Positions 29,794-38,674 of a stretch of DNA of 64,000 bases are shown piece by piece. The translations under genes were made by a program, and so were the position numbers. Positions within the stretch are counted from its first letter, which is position 1, and the number at the start of each line of letters is the position of its first letter. The notes below the pieces were generated by a model. The model saw only the letters and a list, made by a program, of their open reading frames with translations, had not been told where the DNA came from and made no database searches. The DNA comes from Candidatus Bathyarchaeia archaeon (GTDB taxonomy: Archaea; Thermoproteota; Bathyarchaeia; Bathyarchaeales; Bathycorpusculaceae): positions 96,001 through 160,000 of the forward strand of contig JBEKTQ010000001.1 in assembly GCA_049515895.1 (NCBI GenBank). The letters are read 5' to 3'.

Positions 29794-29811
29794 ATCCCAG
29801 CGGGCCCGCCA
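29794..29811 (+). repeat. 15-bp duplication of the tRNA-Arg 3' end (att-like), followed by CCA
   Basis: ATCCCAGCGGGCCCG at 29728-29742 and again at 29794-29808. Confidence 0.85.
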
Positions 29812-29950
29812 TTTTACTTTAGGATTTCGTCTTCTTTGTTATCTGAATTATATTTGGGGACGAGTGTTGAAGTTTTAAGGCTCAGGAAAATCTAACTCTA
29901 ACTCGGTTTTTTTGAATTAATTTAGATCTTTTAAGATGTTTTATGGTCTT

Positions 29951-30010
29951 TTTTAACCAGTTCTAACCAATTTTAACCAATTCTAACCGTTTCTAACCAT
30001 TTTCAACCGT
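29951..30010. repeat. degenerate 10-bp tandem repeat x6 (TTYTAACCRD)
   Basis: ttttaaccag ttctaaccaa ttttaaccaa ttctaaccgt ttctaaccat tttcaaccgt. Confidence 0.9.
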
Positions 30011-30141
30011 GACCTGCAAGCAATCCAAGCCCTAAACTAAAAAACAAACCCATTTCACAAAGAACAAAATTGCACGTGGGGAAAAAGAAAAAAACAAAAC
30101 ACCTTACGAAACCAAGAAATCATGAAGAATTTGGATTGTTA

Positions 30142-30819
30142 TTACTCTCTGCTTGAGAGAACCAGGATGTAGTCTGCGGTGTCTGCACACATGTCCGCGG
30201 CTTGCTCAATGAATTCTATCAGGTCATCAAATATCACCATGGCTCCGCAGTTTATGTTCGCACCGTACTTCACAAACAGGCTTTTGCATTTAAGGTATTC
30301 AACGTCGATGGCGTGTTCGATCTCGCCGACCTTCTTGGCCTCGTTAATCGCTTCTGTTGGGTTTGACGAAATTTTTTCTATGCTGTTTCTCAAAGTTTGA
30401 GCTGTGTCCACAAGCTTCCCAGTCATAACCACCGTTTTGTCGCTGAGTTCCTGCGGAATGTCTGCACTCGAAAGCATTTCAAGACACCGCGCGGCATCTT
30501 TAGTGTGGTCAGCCAAAGTATCCAGCCGCTTAACCAAATGTAACAGGTCTTCGCGGTAGTCTGCGACGAGGGCAGCTCCCTTGGATAACTCCATGAAAAC
30601 GTCTGTTCGAAGTGCGTCAACGCCTTCTTCGGTTTTGTAGAGGTTGTCAATGTATTTTTGTGCCTCTTTAAAATTCTTCTCAGAAAAGCTTTTAGTTGCC
30701 TTGTGCAGCCACGTTACTGTATCGAAAGCTTTTGTAATCTGATCATGCGCAAGCTCTAATCCTCTGGTCTTACGGCGCTGTTCAAACCAATCGTAGCTTT
30801 TTCTTTCCACAATCAACAC
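30142..30819 (-). CDS. DUF47 / PhoU-like phosphate transport regulator
   Basis: EEGVDALR, REDLLHLVKRLDTLADH, EHAIDVEY, IEQAADMCADTAD repeated helical motifs. Confidence 0.88.
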   Translation of the reverse strand: MLIVERKSYDWFEQRRKTRGLELAHDQITKAFDTVTWLHKATKSFSEKNFKEAQKYIDNLYKTEEGVDALRTDVFMELSKGAALVADYREDLLHLVKRLDTLADHTKDAARCLEMLSSADIPQELSDKTVVMTGKLVDTAQTLRNSIEKISSNPTEAINEAKKVGEIEHAIDVEYLKCKSLFVKYGANINCGAMVIFDDLIEFIEQAADMCADTADYILVLSSRE

Positions 30820-30939
30820 CGATTAAATATTGAAACAGCTGTAGATATAACCCTTATTATAAGTCTCGCCTTCAGGTTAGAGGCAACGCTTTAACGCGCA
30901 TGTCTTTGCTCCTTCAACCTATTGCTTTTTTTGTCATTT

Positions 30940-31032
30940 TCATGGAACGCACGCGTCAATTGCCAAAAGCCAATCCATAAGATCGGCATTTTTAGCCTTC
31001 GCTTGTTTTTTGCCATTCATTTTACCTTTCAA
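30940..31032 (-). CDS. putative small peptide (30 aa; 26 aa from the ATG at 31020)
   Basis: GAGGGGG upstream of TTG; (M)KGKMNGKKQAKAKNADLMDWLLAIDACVP. Confidence 0.35.
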   Translation of the reverse strand: MKGKMNGKKQAKAKNADLMDWLLAIDACVP

Positions 31033-31058
31033 GTTTTCCCCCTCAAATTCACGATTAT

Positions 31059-31127
31059 CTAGACATGGTTGAAGTACCACGGCATTTCGTGATCTCCACG
31101 CTGCTTTTTTGTCTTTTTCTTTTGCAT
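31059..31127 (-). CDS. putative small peptide (22 aa)
   Basis: AGGTGG upstream of ATG; MQKKKTKKQRGDHEMPWYFNHV. Confidence 0.35.
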   Translation of the reverse strand: MQKKKTKKQRGDHEMPWYFNHV

Positions 31128-31212
31128 GGGACTTCCACCTTAATCTTCCCTTTTTGCCTTATTTGGACTGTGCTAATAGTATATAGAGAGCAACCTATTC
31201 TATATAGAAAAA

Positions 31213-32130
31213 CTAGCTTTCCAGAACAGCCCTCGCCAATCTAACCTTGTCTTCTAGACACTTCATTACGGTATCCGTCACTTTCACATCGATTCCGATC
31301 TGCTCAATCCGACCCTTTTCGTCGCCGTCTTTAACGTCAATCACAAATGTGTCAAGAAAATCCGCGTAAAGCTTCGCAACCGAAAAAGCTGAAACCTCAA
31401 AGCCGAAGCTACGCAGAAGTTTGTCGGCGGGACCTTTGATGGGGGCGCCGTCAACTATAGGGCTAACTCCGACAATCTTTGCGCTTGTCTTTCTCAATGC
31501 ATCTCTGATGCCGTCAACAGACAGTATGGTGCCTATGCTAACTATTGGATTGCTGGGGCAAATCACAATCATTTCCGCGTTCAAGATTGAATCGACGGTT
31601 TCAGGCACGGGTTTCGCTTTTGCTGAGCCGACAAACTCAACGCCTAAAACCTTGTCTTTCGCTTGTCTCTTCACGAAATACTCTTCAAAATGAATTAGGC
31701 CCTCCTCGGTTCTTATCCAAGTCTCAAACTTATCATCTGTCATAGGCATGATGTTTGCTTTGATTCCCAAGCATCGGCAAGTTTCTTCGGTAACCTTCGA
31801 AAGAGTAAACCCCTTGTGTAACAAATCCGTTCTAAAAATGTGCGTGGCAAAATCTCTGTCGCCTATACTGAACCATGTTTCTAAACCCATTTTCTTGAGC
31901 GTTTCGAGGCATTGGAAAGTGTCGCCTTTTATCCCCCAACCTTTCTCCTCGTCAACAACGCCCGCTAAGGTGTATGACACGATGTCGATGTCTGGCGAAA
32001 TGTGTAGACCGAACATTTCCATGTCGTCGCCAGTGTTGACAATCACAGACAAATCTTCTTCTTTCACTAGCTTAGTTAGGCCTGTTAGAAATCTTGCTGC
32101 TCCAACCCCGCCAGCTAAAGCTGTAATCAA
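31213..32130 (-). CDS. cofD: 2-phospho-L-lactate transferase (F420 biosynthesis)
   Basis: LAGGVGAARF, VNTGDD, ISPDID, GDRDFATH, HFEEYFV, PSNPIVSIG, KGPADK. Confidence 0.95.
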   Translation of the reverse strand: MITALAGGVGAARFLTGLTKLVKEEDLSVIVNTGDDMEMFGLHISPDIDIVSYTLAGVVDEEKGWGIKGDTFQCLETLKKMGLETWFSIGDRDFATHIFRTDLLHKGFTLSKVTEETCRCLGIKANIMPMTDDKFETWIRTEEGLIHFEEYFVKRQAKDKVLGVEFVGSAKAKPVPETVDSILNAEMIVICPSNPIVSIGTILSVDGIRDALRKTSAKIVGVSPIVDGAPIKGPADKLLRSFGFEVSAFSVAKLYADFLDTFVIDVKDGDEKGRIEQIGIDVKVTDTVMKCLEDKVRLARAVLES

Positions 32131-32147
32131 TAGCTTTCACTTCAAGA

Positions 32148-32606
32148 TTAATGGTTATGTTTCTCCGAAACCCAGTATTCATCGGCAGAGCCTTTTTCGT
32201 CGACTACACATTCTTTCTTGAAAATTGGTGCTTCGCTCTTATACCTCTCAACGGCTTCTCGGAGAACGTCAAAAACTTCTGTTCGATGGGAACCGGCAAC
32301 TGCAACGTAAACTAAGTCGTCCCCAACTTTGAATTCTCCTAGTAAATGGTGAATTTGAACGTCAACTATCCCGGGCTTCTTGGTTAAGTCATCGCATATT
32401 TTGCCGAGAACAAGGTCGGCTTTTTCTTCATAGGCTTCAAGATGCAGCTTCTCGACCTTTTGCCCCTCGACGGTATCACCGCGCACCACTCCGATGAAAA
32501 GCCCTATCGCACCAGCTTTAGGGTAGTTGGGATCCTTTCTGATGTTATCAATAACATCCTGGACGGTGAAGCTTCCTTTCTCATGGACTCCCGCTCTTGC
32601 CGACAA
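32148..32606 (-). CDS. moaE: molybdopterin synthase catalytic subunit
   Basis: GAIGLFIGVVR, LEAYEE, HRTEVF, KSEAPIFKKE. Confidence 0.92.
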   Translation of the reverse strand: MSARAGVHEKGSFTVQDVIDNIRKDPNYPKAGAIGLFIGVVRGDTVEGQKVEKLHLEAYEEKADLVLGKICDDLTKKPGIVDVQIHHLLGEFKVGDDLVYVAVAGSHRTEVFDVLREAVERYKSEAPIFKKECVVDEKGSADEYWVSEKHNH

Positions 32607-32695
32607 TTACAATTCTCCCTCTGTTCGGATGAACTTTTTTGGATTAATACTTCTAATGTATTTTGCTTAAAGAAGGGCTTTGAAAATAAGGGTTG

Positions 32696-33340
32696 CTACG
32701 CTTCAGCTACTTCAGGTGTTTCCGGCTCTGCCTCGGCTTCTTTCGTCTTCACCTGAGTCTCAGGTTGGGCTATAAGTTTAGATTTCCTAATTCCAACGTG
32801 CCTAAGTGGTGCAACTTCTTTAGCTTGGTTGTAAATGTCTGAAGCGATTTTGCCAAGAACCATTTCTTGGACAAACTGATCAAGCGATAGCGCTTCGGCT
32901 TTTTCATGGATTGTTTTATCCATCATCTTGCGGATTATCTTTTCCTGCGAGGTTTTTATTCTTGAAAGCGTCAGCGCTGAAACGGCGATTCTGAGTTTAT
33001 ATCCGTCTTTTGTGGTTAGGTTAATCAATGAATCAACTTTGGTTGTTCTTCTTCTAACTAAGCTGCGGAGATAATCCCGTGAGTACTCATGACCTTTAAA
33101 GAGGGTCTTTGCGGTTTTCGCGTCGATCTCATTAACTTGAAAGAACATTTTCAAATAGTGATGCGAAAAATCGGCAGTTATGTCGTAAAGTGTGGCTTCA
33201 ACAACTCTGCCGATCAGCTGTTCTGGTTCTTCAGCTGGGATAGAGCCTAACTCGACGTTGCCAAAGAAGGATGGTGCAACAACCATGTACCAACCTTTTC
33301 CACGCCATTTATCTTTTACATGTCTCGTTTTTGAAGACAA
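32696..33340 (-). CDS. rps3ae: 30S ribosomal protein eS1 (S3Ae)
   Basis: KDKWRGKGWY, GRVVEATLYDITADF, DYLRSLVRRRTTKVD, PLRHVGIRKSK. Confidence 0.96.
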   Translation of the reverse strand: MSSKTRHVKDKWRGKGWYMVVAPSFFGNVELGSIPAEEPEQLIGRVVEATLYDITADFSHHYLKMFFQVNEIDAKTAKTLFKGHEYSRDYLRSLVRRRTTKVDSLINLTTKDGYKLRIAVSALTLSRIKTSQEKIIRKMMDKTIHEKAEALSLDQFVQEMVLGKIASDIYNQAKEVAPLRHVGIRKSKLIAQPETQVKTKEAEAEPETPEVAEA

Positions 33341-33391
33341 AGCTATTTCTCCGAACGCGCAGTCAACATTCTCATAGAAATATTAAAAGGT

Positions 33392-34681
33392 TTACCGTTT
33401 CCTGTCTATTTTTTCTCTGTTACCCATGTATTTCCGCAAGGCCATCGGGATATTTATTGTGCCGTCTTCTTGCTGATTGTTTTCCAGCAACGCGACAATG
33501 GTTCTGCCTGTTGCTACTGCTGTCGAATTTAAAGTGTGCACAAAACCTTTCGGCGCTGCGCCTTCTTTCTCCCGATATTTTATGCCTAAGCGTCTTGCTT
33601 GGTAATCAGTGCAGTTGCTACAGGAAACAACTTCCCGGTAACCGTTTTGAGCTGGCATCCACGCTTCAATATCGTATTTTTTGGCTGCCACAGTTCCGAT
33701 ATCGCCTGTGCAAACGTTCACCACGCGATAGGGTAACTCAAGCTTTTGAAGTAGCTCCTCGGCATTAAGAAGTAGTTCTTCGTGTAGTTTGGCTGAGTCT
33801 TGTGGTTTGCAAAAAATGAATTGCTCAATTTTATTAAACTGGTGTGTGCGGAAAATGCCTCTTGTGTCTTTGCCATGGGCGCCGGCTTCTTTCCTAAAGC
33901 AGGTGCTTATTCCAGCGAGTTTTATGGGCATTTCCTGTTCTTTTAACACTTCATTCATGTACATTGCAGCCATCGGATGCTCAGAAGTGGCTATCAAATA
34001 CAGGTCTTCATTTTCCACCTTGTAGAGCACCTCGGCGAAATCTCCCATTGCCGTCACACCCTCGTATGCTTCGCGAGTCATCAAGCATGGCGGAATAATT
34101 GCTGTAAAACCTTTCTTAGCTAACTCTTCGATAGCAAGGCTCATCAGCGCAATATCAAGCATTGCAACTTGGTTCTTGAGATAGAAGAATCTGGCTCCAG
34201 AAACTTTCCCGGCCCTCTCCATGTCAATTTGATCCAAAGCTAAAGCCAGATCAATATGGTTCTTTACGGGAAACGCAAAGGTTGGGATTGTCCCCCAAGT
34301 TTTAATTTGAACATTGTCTTTGTCGTCTTTCCCAAACGGGACACTGTTATCTAGCAAATTTGGCAGTTGCATGAGGTAACTGTGGGTTTTCTGTTCTTGC
34401 TGTGTAACCTGCTTTTCGATGTTCCTTATTTTTTCGTCAACTTCCTGTGCTCTGTGAACTTCGTCATCAGCTTCTTTACGAGCTTTCTTTAGTTTGGCGA
34501 TTTCTACAGTTACCTGTTTTCTCTGATGCCGCAACTCATTTAGTTTGGTGAGGTTCACTCGCCATTCCTTATCAACATCGATCAAGTCCTCGAGCATCTG
34601 GACGCATTGGGGGTTGCCACGTTTTGTAAGATTGTTTTTTACAAGTTCGGGATTCTCTCGGATAAGCTTGATATCTAACAT
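33392..34681 (-). CDS. serS: serine--tRNA ligase (standard type)
   Basis: MLDIKLIREN, LIATSEHP, CFRKEAG, GIFRTHQFNK, SCSNCTDYQARR, HTLNST. Confidence 0.97.
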   Translation of the reverse strand: MLDIKLIRENPELVKNNLTKRGNPQCVQMLEDLIDVDKEWRVNLTKLNELRHQRKQVTVEIAKLKKARKEADDEVHRAQEVDEKIRNIEKQVTQQEQKTHSYLMQLPNLLDNSVPFGKDDKDNVQIKTWGTIPTFAFPVKNHIDLALALDQIDMERAGKVSGARFFYLKNQVAMLDIALMSLAIEELAKKGFTAIIPPCLMTREAYEGVTAMGDFAEVLYKVENEDLYLIATSEHPMAAMYMNEVLKEQEMPIKLAGISTCFRKEAGAHGKDTRGIFRTHQFNKIEQFIFCKPQDSAKLHEELLLNAEELLQKLELPYRVVNVCTGDIGTVAAKKYDIEAWMPAQNGYREVVSCSNCTDYQARRLGIKYREKEGAAPKGFVHTLNSTAVATGRTIVALLENNQQEDGTINIPMALRKYMGNREKIDRKR

Positions 34682-35169
34682 TGCCCTTACACGCAAATTC
34701 CTTACTTAAGGGACTCGGCTATTTAACCTTGCAACATAAAAAAGAAACCCTAGAACGGATATTAGTAACTTGGAAATCGCAAAGCTAGAGATCGAAGAAG
34801 AAGACGATTGAAGGTAGCACTCTTCTCCTTTCAATAAACAGTTGGTCCTGAGACTGATTAAGCCTTAAATAAAAAGACTTAACTAAAAATCCTTTAGCGC
34901 TGACTATGAAAGCATTCCAAAGCAAGCACAGACCAGGTCCTTAATCATTCTTACTTTTGATTTTCATAGCCGCGCTCATTTTAGTCAGAGAATGTAACTT
35001 ACACTTGGCCCTAAATAAATAATTGAAGGAGTTAGATTCACGAACGGAACCGGACCACCCCAAGTGGCCTTCGTTGTCTTTTCTGCTTCTATGAGATTTG
35101 GCTACGAAAGATCAATCAAAAAATAGAAGAAAGTTTGGATCTGGTTCCCTGTTTGTTTTTGTGTTGAGT

Positions 35170-35457
35170 CTACTTTTTGCTTAGGGTTATCTCCATTGTG
35201 GAAACCATTCTGGACTTGCTTTCTCCCTCTCGCGGTGGCATCTCGACTGTTCCTATTGCGATTTTTGCAACTTTGAGGTCTTTAATGAATCGGTTTCTTG
35301 CTATTTCAGCAACGTCAACAGCCGTGGTTATAGCTTGGCCTCGCGCTTTCAAAGTGATTGCATTCATGTTGCTTGAGGAGAGGCTGGTCATGATTGCCAG
35401 AACATAGCTCATCGGAGGTTTGTTTCCCACAAAGATAACGTCTGGGTTTTCAGTCAT
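35170..35457 (-). CDS. albA: DNA/RNA-binding protein Alba
   Basis: VGNKPPMSYVLA, KARGQAITTAVDVAEI, VSTMEITL. Confidence 0.95.
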   Translation of the reverse strand: MTENPDVIFVGNKPPMSYVLAIMTSLSSSNMNAITLKARGQAITTAVDVAEIARNRFIKDLKVAKIAIGTVEMPPREGESKSRMVSTMEITLSKK

Positions 35458-35689
35458 TTTCTTTACTCCTTTTTGTGGTTTGCTTTGGTTACGTTACCTT
35501 TACTTGCGATTGCTCGTAACGGAAACGTTGACTTCCAACTAATATTGTTCCTGCTTATAAGTTCATTGAATACAAAACTCTGCAGAGCCAAAAAAGAAGC
35601 AGCATCAACTTTGCAAGCAGGCAACGGGAAAGGCTTTTCTACAGCTAAACCATAATGAGCTTTAACACCCGACAAGCCGAGAGTTACTC

Positions 35690-36325
35690 TTGCTAACGAA
35701 ACTCAAGAAAAAAGTCCAGCAAATGCTAACTTCCCAAGCGCAGGCGGCGCATAAAATAGGCCTAACTCCCAACAAAGTAAGCCTCATCGGCTTCATTCTC
35801 GCTTTTGCTTCCGCTGTCGCATACGGGATGGCTCAAAATCATATTTGGCTTTTGCTTTTTGCCACGGTTTTTCTCTTGGCTTCAGGTTTCTGCGACACGC
35901 TTGACGGAATCATTGCAAGAACCTTCCAGCAAGTAACCGTTTTCGGCGGCTTCTTTGACTCCGTTCTCGACAGGTACGCGGACGCGATAGTTTTTGCCGC
36001 CATAATAATCGCTGGGTTATGTAACCCTGCTTGGGGTGTATTTTGGGGTCCAGTCTGGGCCTTGGCTACTCTAACCGGTTCTTTCCTTGTAAGTTATAGC
36101 AGGGCAAGAGCTGAAGCTGCAGGATTAAAAATGGAGTCAGTCGGTTTCGCTGAACGGGCAGAACGAATGCTGATTTTAGCCGCTGTGAGCGTGATCGCCT
36201 TTTTCTGGTTACCTGCCTTAGGTTATGGCGTAGCCTTGTTGGCGGTGCTTTCTAACTTCACAGTTATACAAAGAGCACTCTACGTCTATAAAGAATTAAA
36301 GAGAAAAACAGTTTCAGTTAATTAA
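35690..36325 (+). CDS. CDP-alcohol phosphatidyltransferase (archaetidylinositol-phosphate synthase-like)
   Basis: TPNKVS, DTLDGIIAR...GGFFDSVLDRYAD, VSYSRARAE, ERAER. Confidence 0.92.
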   Translation: MLTKLKKKVQQMLTSQAQAAHKIGLTPNKVSLIGFILAFASAVAYGMAQNHIWLLLFATVFLLASGFCDTLDGIIARTFQQVTVFGGFFDSVLDRYADAIVFAAIIIAGLCNPAWGVFWGPVWALATLTGSFLVSYSRARAEAAGLKMESVGFAERAERMLILAAVSVIAFFWLPALGYGVALLAVLSNFTVIQRALYVYKELKRKTVSVN

Positions 36326-36612
36326 TATCTTCTTCGGGCTCTTGAGTGACGCTCGCTTTCGGCTCTAACATTCACTATTCCTCGGTGAACAGCACACGAT
36401 ATGCAGTAGTATTTCGTGTCCACCCATGAAGCGAGAAATGTACCTTTTTGCCTGAGTTCCTTAGCTAACTGAGGTTCAACAAACGACACCCGGCGAGTAG
36501 ATCTCTTTGCTTTATCACGTGGCACCATCGCCCCGCAATTAGCGCATTGAACAAGGCTGCTACTTCCTTTGCTTCCTTTTGATCTCCCTCGGCTTTTTCG
36601 TTTAGATGGCAA
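36322..36612 (-). CDS. rps26e: 30S ribosomal protein eS26
   Basis: KRKSRGRSKG, VQCANCGAMVPRDKAK, YCISCAVHRGIV. Confidence 0.95.
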   Translation of the reverse strand: MPSKRKSRGRSKGSKGSSSLVQCANCGAMVPRDKAKRSTRRVSFVEPQLAKELRQKGTFLASWVDTKYYCISCAVHRGIVNVRAESERHSRARRRY

Positions 36613-36663
36613 TTATTTTTAACCTCTGTCTCTTCTATTTTTCACATTAAGCATTAAACTATC

Positions 36664-37572
36664 TTATATATCTGCTCTTAACTTTAACAAAGAAGCGACG
36701 TTCGCTTCCCGATTTATCAAAGGAATAATTTTTCCGTCAGCCGATGTCATCAAAGTTGTAACTCCGGGTCCATGGCCAGCGATGACACAGTTTGAATGAA
36801 TGACTACACCCACTGAAACTGCGCCTTGACGGTAAATCCTTCCGAACGAGTGGTCAGCGTCAACTATTGCAACCAAATCGCCAAGCCTCAAGCTTTCCAA
36901 TTGGTATTGGTCAACAACTGCTTTATCGAACAATTGAATATCGTAGTCTCCCGAGTTAACTTGGTTTGCACCCAGGCCTGAACCCATAACTGCAGCTGGA
37001 ACGACGTGCGTAACAGGCACTGCAAGCTTATCCTCTTTCGGCTGCGGATCCCATACCGCAAGCAATGCGGGGTCCATATTGAAGATTCTAATGTCGGGAA
37101 AATCAACCAGTTTTAAACCCGTTCCGAAGGCTTTCACAAGAATCCTGTCTCCAAGCACAAGTTTATCTAAAATGCCTGAGGGAAAATCAACTAGCACATG
37201 CTCGATTCCGCCATGCTTTCCCGTTACAACTCCTCTGCCGCCTTTGCCGTCACCATTGACTACTGTTGCTTCATTACCTACACATGATAGCACATTGAAA
37301 GCTGTGTTAGCTGCCTGTCCTGACCGTGCATCGTTTTCCTTGTTTTCTACGCTAACGCCTGGTTCTACATGGTCAGCTTCCCAACCGCACGCGGGGTCGC
37401 CGACTCTTAGATTATAGGTTATGCCTCCTACACTGGGCAGCACCAGCGGTTGTCCCGTTGCCGAGATATTGTAGACTGACCTGATGGTTGGACTGGCTAT
37501 TTCACCCATTACCGAGATTTTCATGAGTCTTTCAGCGTTCGTTTTCAGCATAAATTGTTCACCGTTGGGCAT
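36664..37572 (-). CDS. DUF4438 family protein
   Basis: PSVGGITYNLRVGD, ADHVEPGVS, GKHGGIEHV, GDYDIQ, AGHGPGVT. Confidence 0.85.
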   Translation of the reverse strand: MPNGEQFMLKTNAERLMKISVMGEIASPTIRSVYNISATGQPLVLPSVGGITYNLRVGDPACGWEADHVEPGVSVENKENDARSGQAANTAFNVLSCVGNEATVVNGDGKGGRGVVTGKHGGIEHVLVDFPSGILDKLVLGDRILVKAFGTGLKLVDFPDIRIFNMDPALLAVWDPQPKEDKLAVPVTHVVPAAVMGSGLGANQVNSGDYDIQLFDKAVVDQYQLESLRLGDLVAIVDADHSFGRIYRQGAVSVGVVIHSNCVIAGHGPGVTTLMTSADGKIIPLINREANVASLLKLRADI

Positions 37573-37706
37573 TACGTCCTATCTGTGGAAGTGGCTAATA
37601 AAACTTCATGGGTGGAGTTTCCAACCGAAGCAAATCTTAAATTATGCGTCTCTTTATTGTTGCATTGGAAGTTAAGCCTCCTAAAATTGTTGGAAGTGAA
37701 ATTTCA

Positions 37707-38285
37707 ATGTCTGAAATCGGATTGAGAACAAAAATGCTAGTTCGGGACGTAATGAGCAGCCCCGTCGTCACGATGACTGAAAATGCAGCTTCTAACCTTG
37801 CTGCCGCTGCCATGGACCAGAACGATTTAGGGTGCGTAATAGTCACTAACAAGGCTGGTAAATCAATCGGCATAATCACGGAGCGGGATTTGGTTGTCAG
37901 GGTTTTAGCGAAGAATCTTAAGCCTGACACCGTGAAAGCAAAAGAAATCATGACAACCCCATTGGTCACTATTGAGCCTGAAGCGACAATCAGTGAAGCG
38001 GCGAGAAGAATGAACAGGCTAGATATCAGAAGGCTTGGCGTTATCTACAAGGGCAACCTTGTCGGCATAATCACGGCAAAAGATGTTTTAGGCGTGATGC
38101 CTGAGTTGATCGAGATAATTCAGGAAAGAACACGCATTGAAGGTGCCGCGCGCACAGAAGAAGGTGAAGAAGTTCCTCTTTCAGGATACTGTGACCGCTG
38201 CAACATTTACTCGGAAAGCCTCAAAGAACGGAACGGACAAAACATCTGCGACGAATGCCGAATTGAGCTGGAACAAGAAAAGTAA
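37707..38285 (+). CDS. CBS-domain protein with C-terminal CxxC...CxxC zinc finger
   Basis: VRDVMSSPV, GIITERDL, EIMTTPLVTI; GYCDRC...ICDECR. Confidence 0.9.
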   Translation: MSEIGLRTKMLVRDVMSSPVVTMTENAASNLAAAAMDQNDLGCVIVTNKAGKSIGIITERDLVVRVLAKNLKPDTVKAKEIMTTPLVTIEPEATISEAARRMNRLDIRRLGVIYKGNLVGIITAKDVLGVMPELIEIIQERTRIEGAARTEEGEEVPLSGYCDRCNIYSESLKERNGQNICDECRIELEQEK

Positions 38286-38674
38286 GGGCAAGACTTGTTT
38301 TAGGTTTTGATTTCATATTAGTTGCCCAGTGCGTGTTGGAGCACCGCAACCCCATAACGCAGGAGGCTTTTCACAGCACTTGCTCTTTTTCTCGGGACAA
38401 ATGCGACGCCGTTGATTAAGCCGTACAAGGATAGAGCGGTCATGGTTAGGAACGAAGATTTCGAGTAAACAGCAAGCTTCAAAATTAGAAGAAACAGTTT
38501 TGAAAAAGCGCCATCCGAATTCCCTGAAACAACAATCATGCTCTTTTCATGCAACAGTTATCTTTAAAAGAAAAGTTAAGGCTTTTGTCTAATTCTGTTT
38601 GTTTCATTTGCCTGCAGGCGACCGCGATAAGTTTTTAACCAAACCATCCGCTATTCAATTGACCGTGAACTGGT

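Noticed and set aside
29951-30010. 10-bp arrays as CRISPR repeats
   Set aside because: The units are contiguous, too short and have no spacers
38318-38554. 78-aa minus-strand ORF between the CBS gene and pyrC
   Set aside because: No motif or clear RBS; it may be real but cannot be supported from sequence alone
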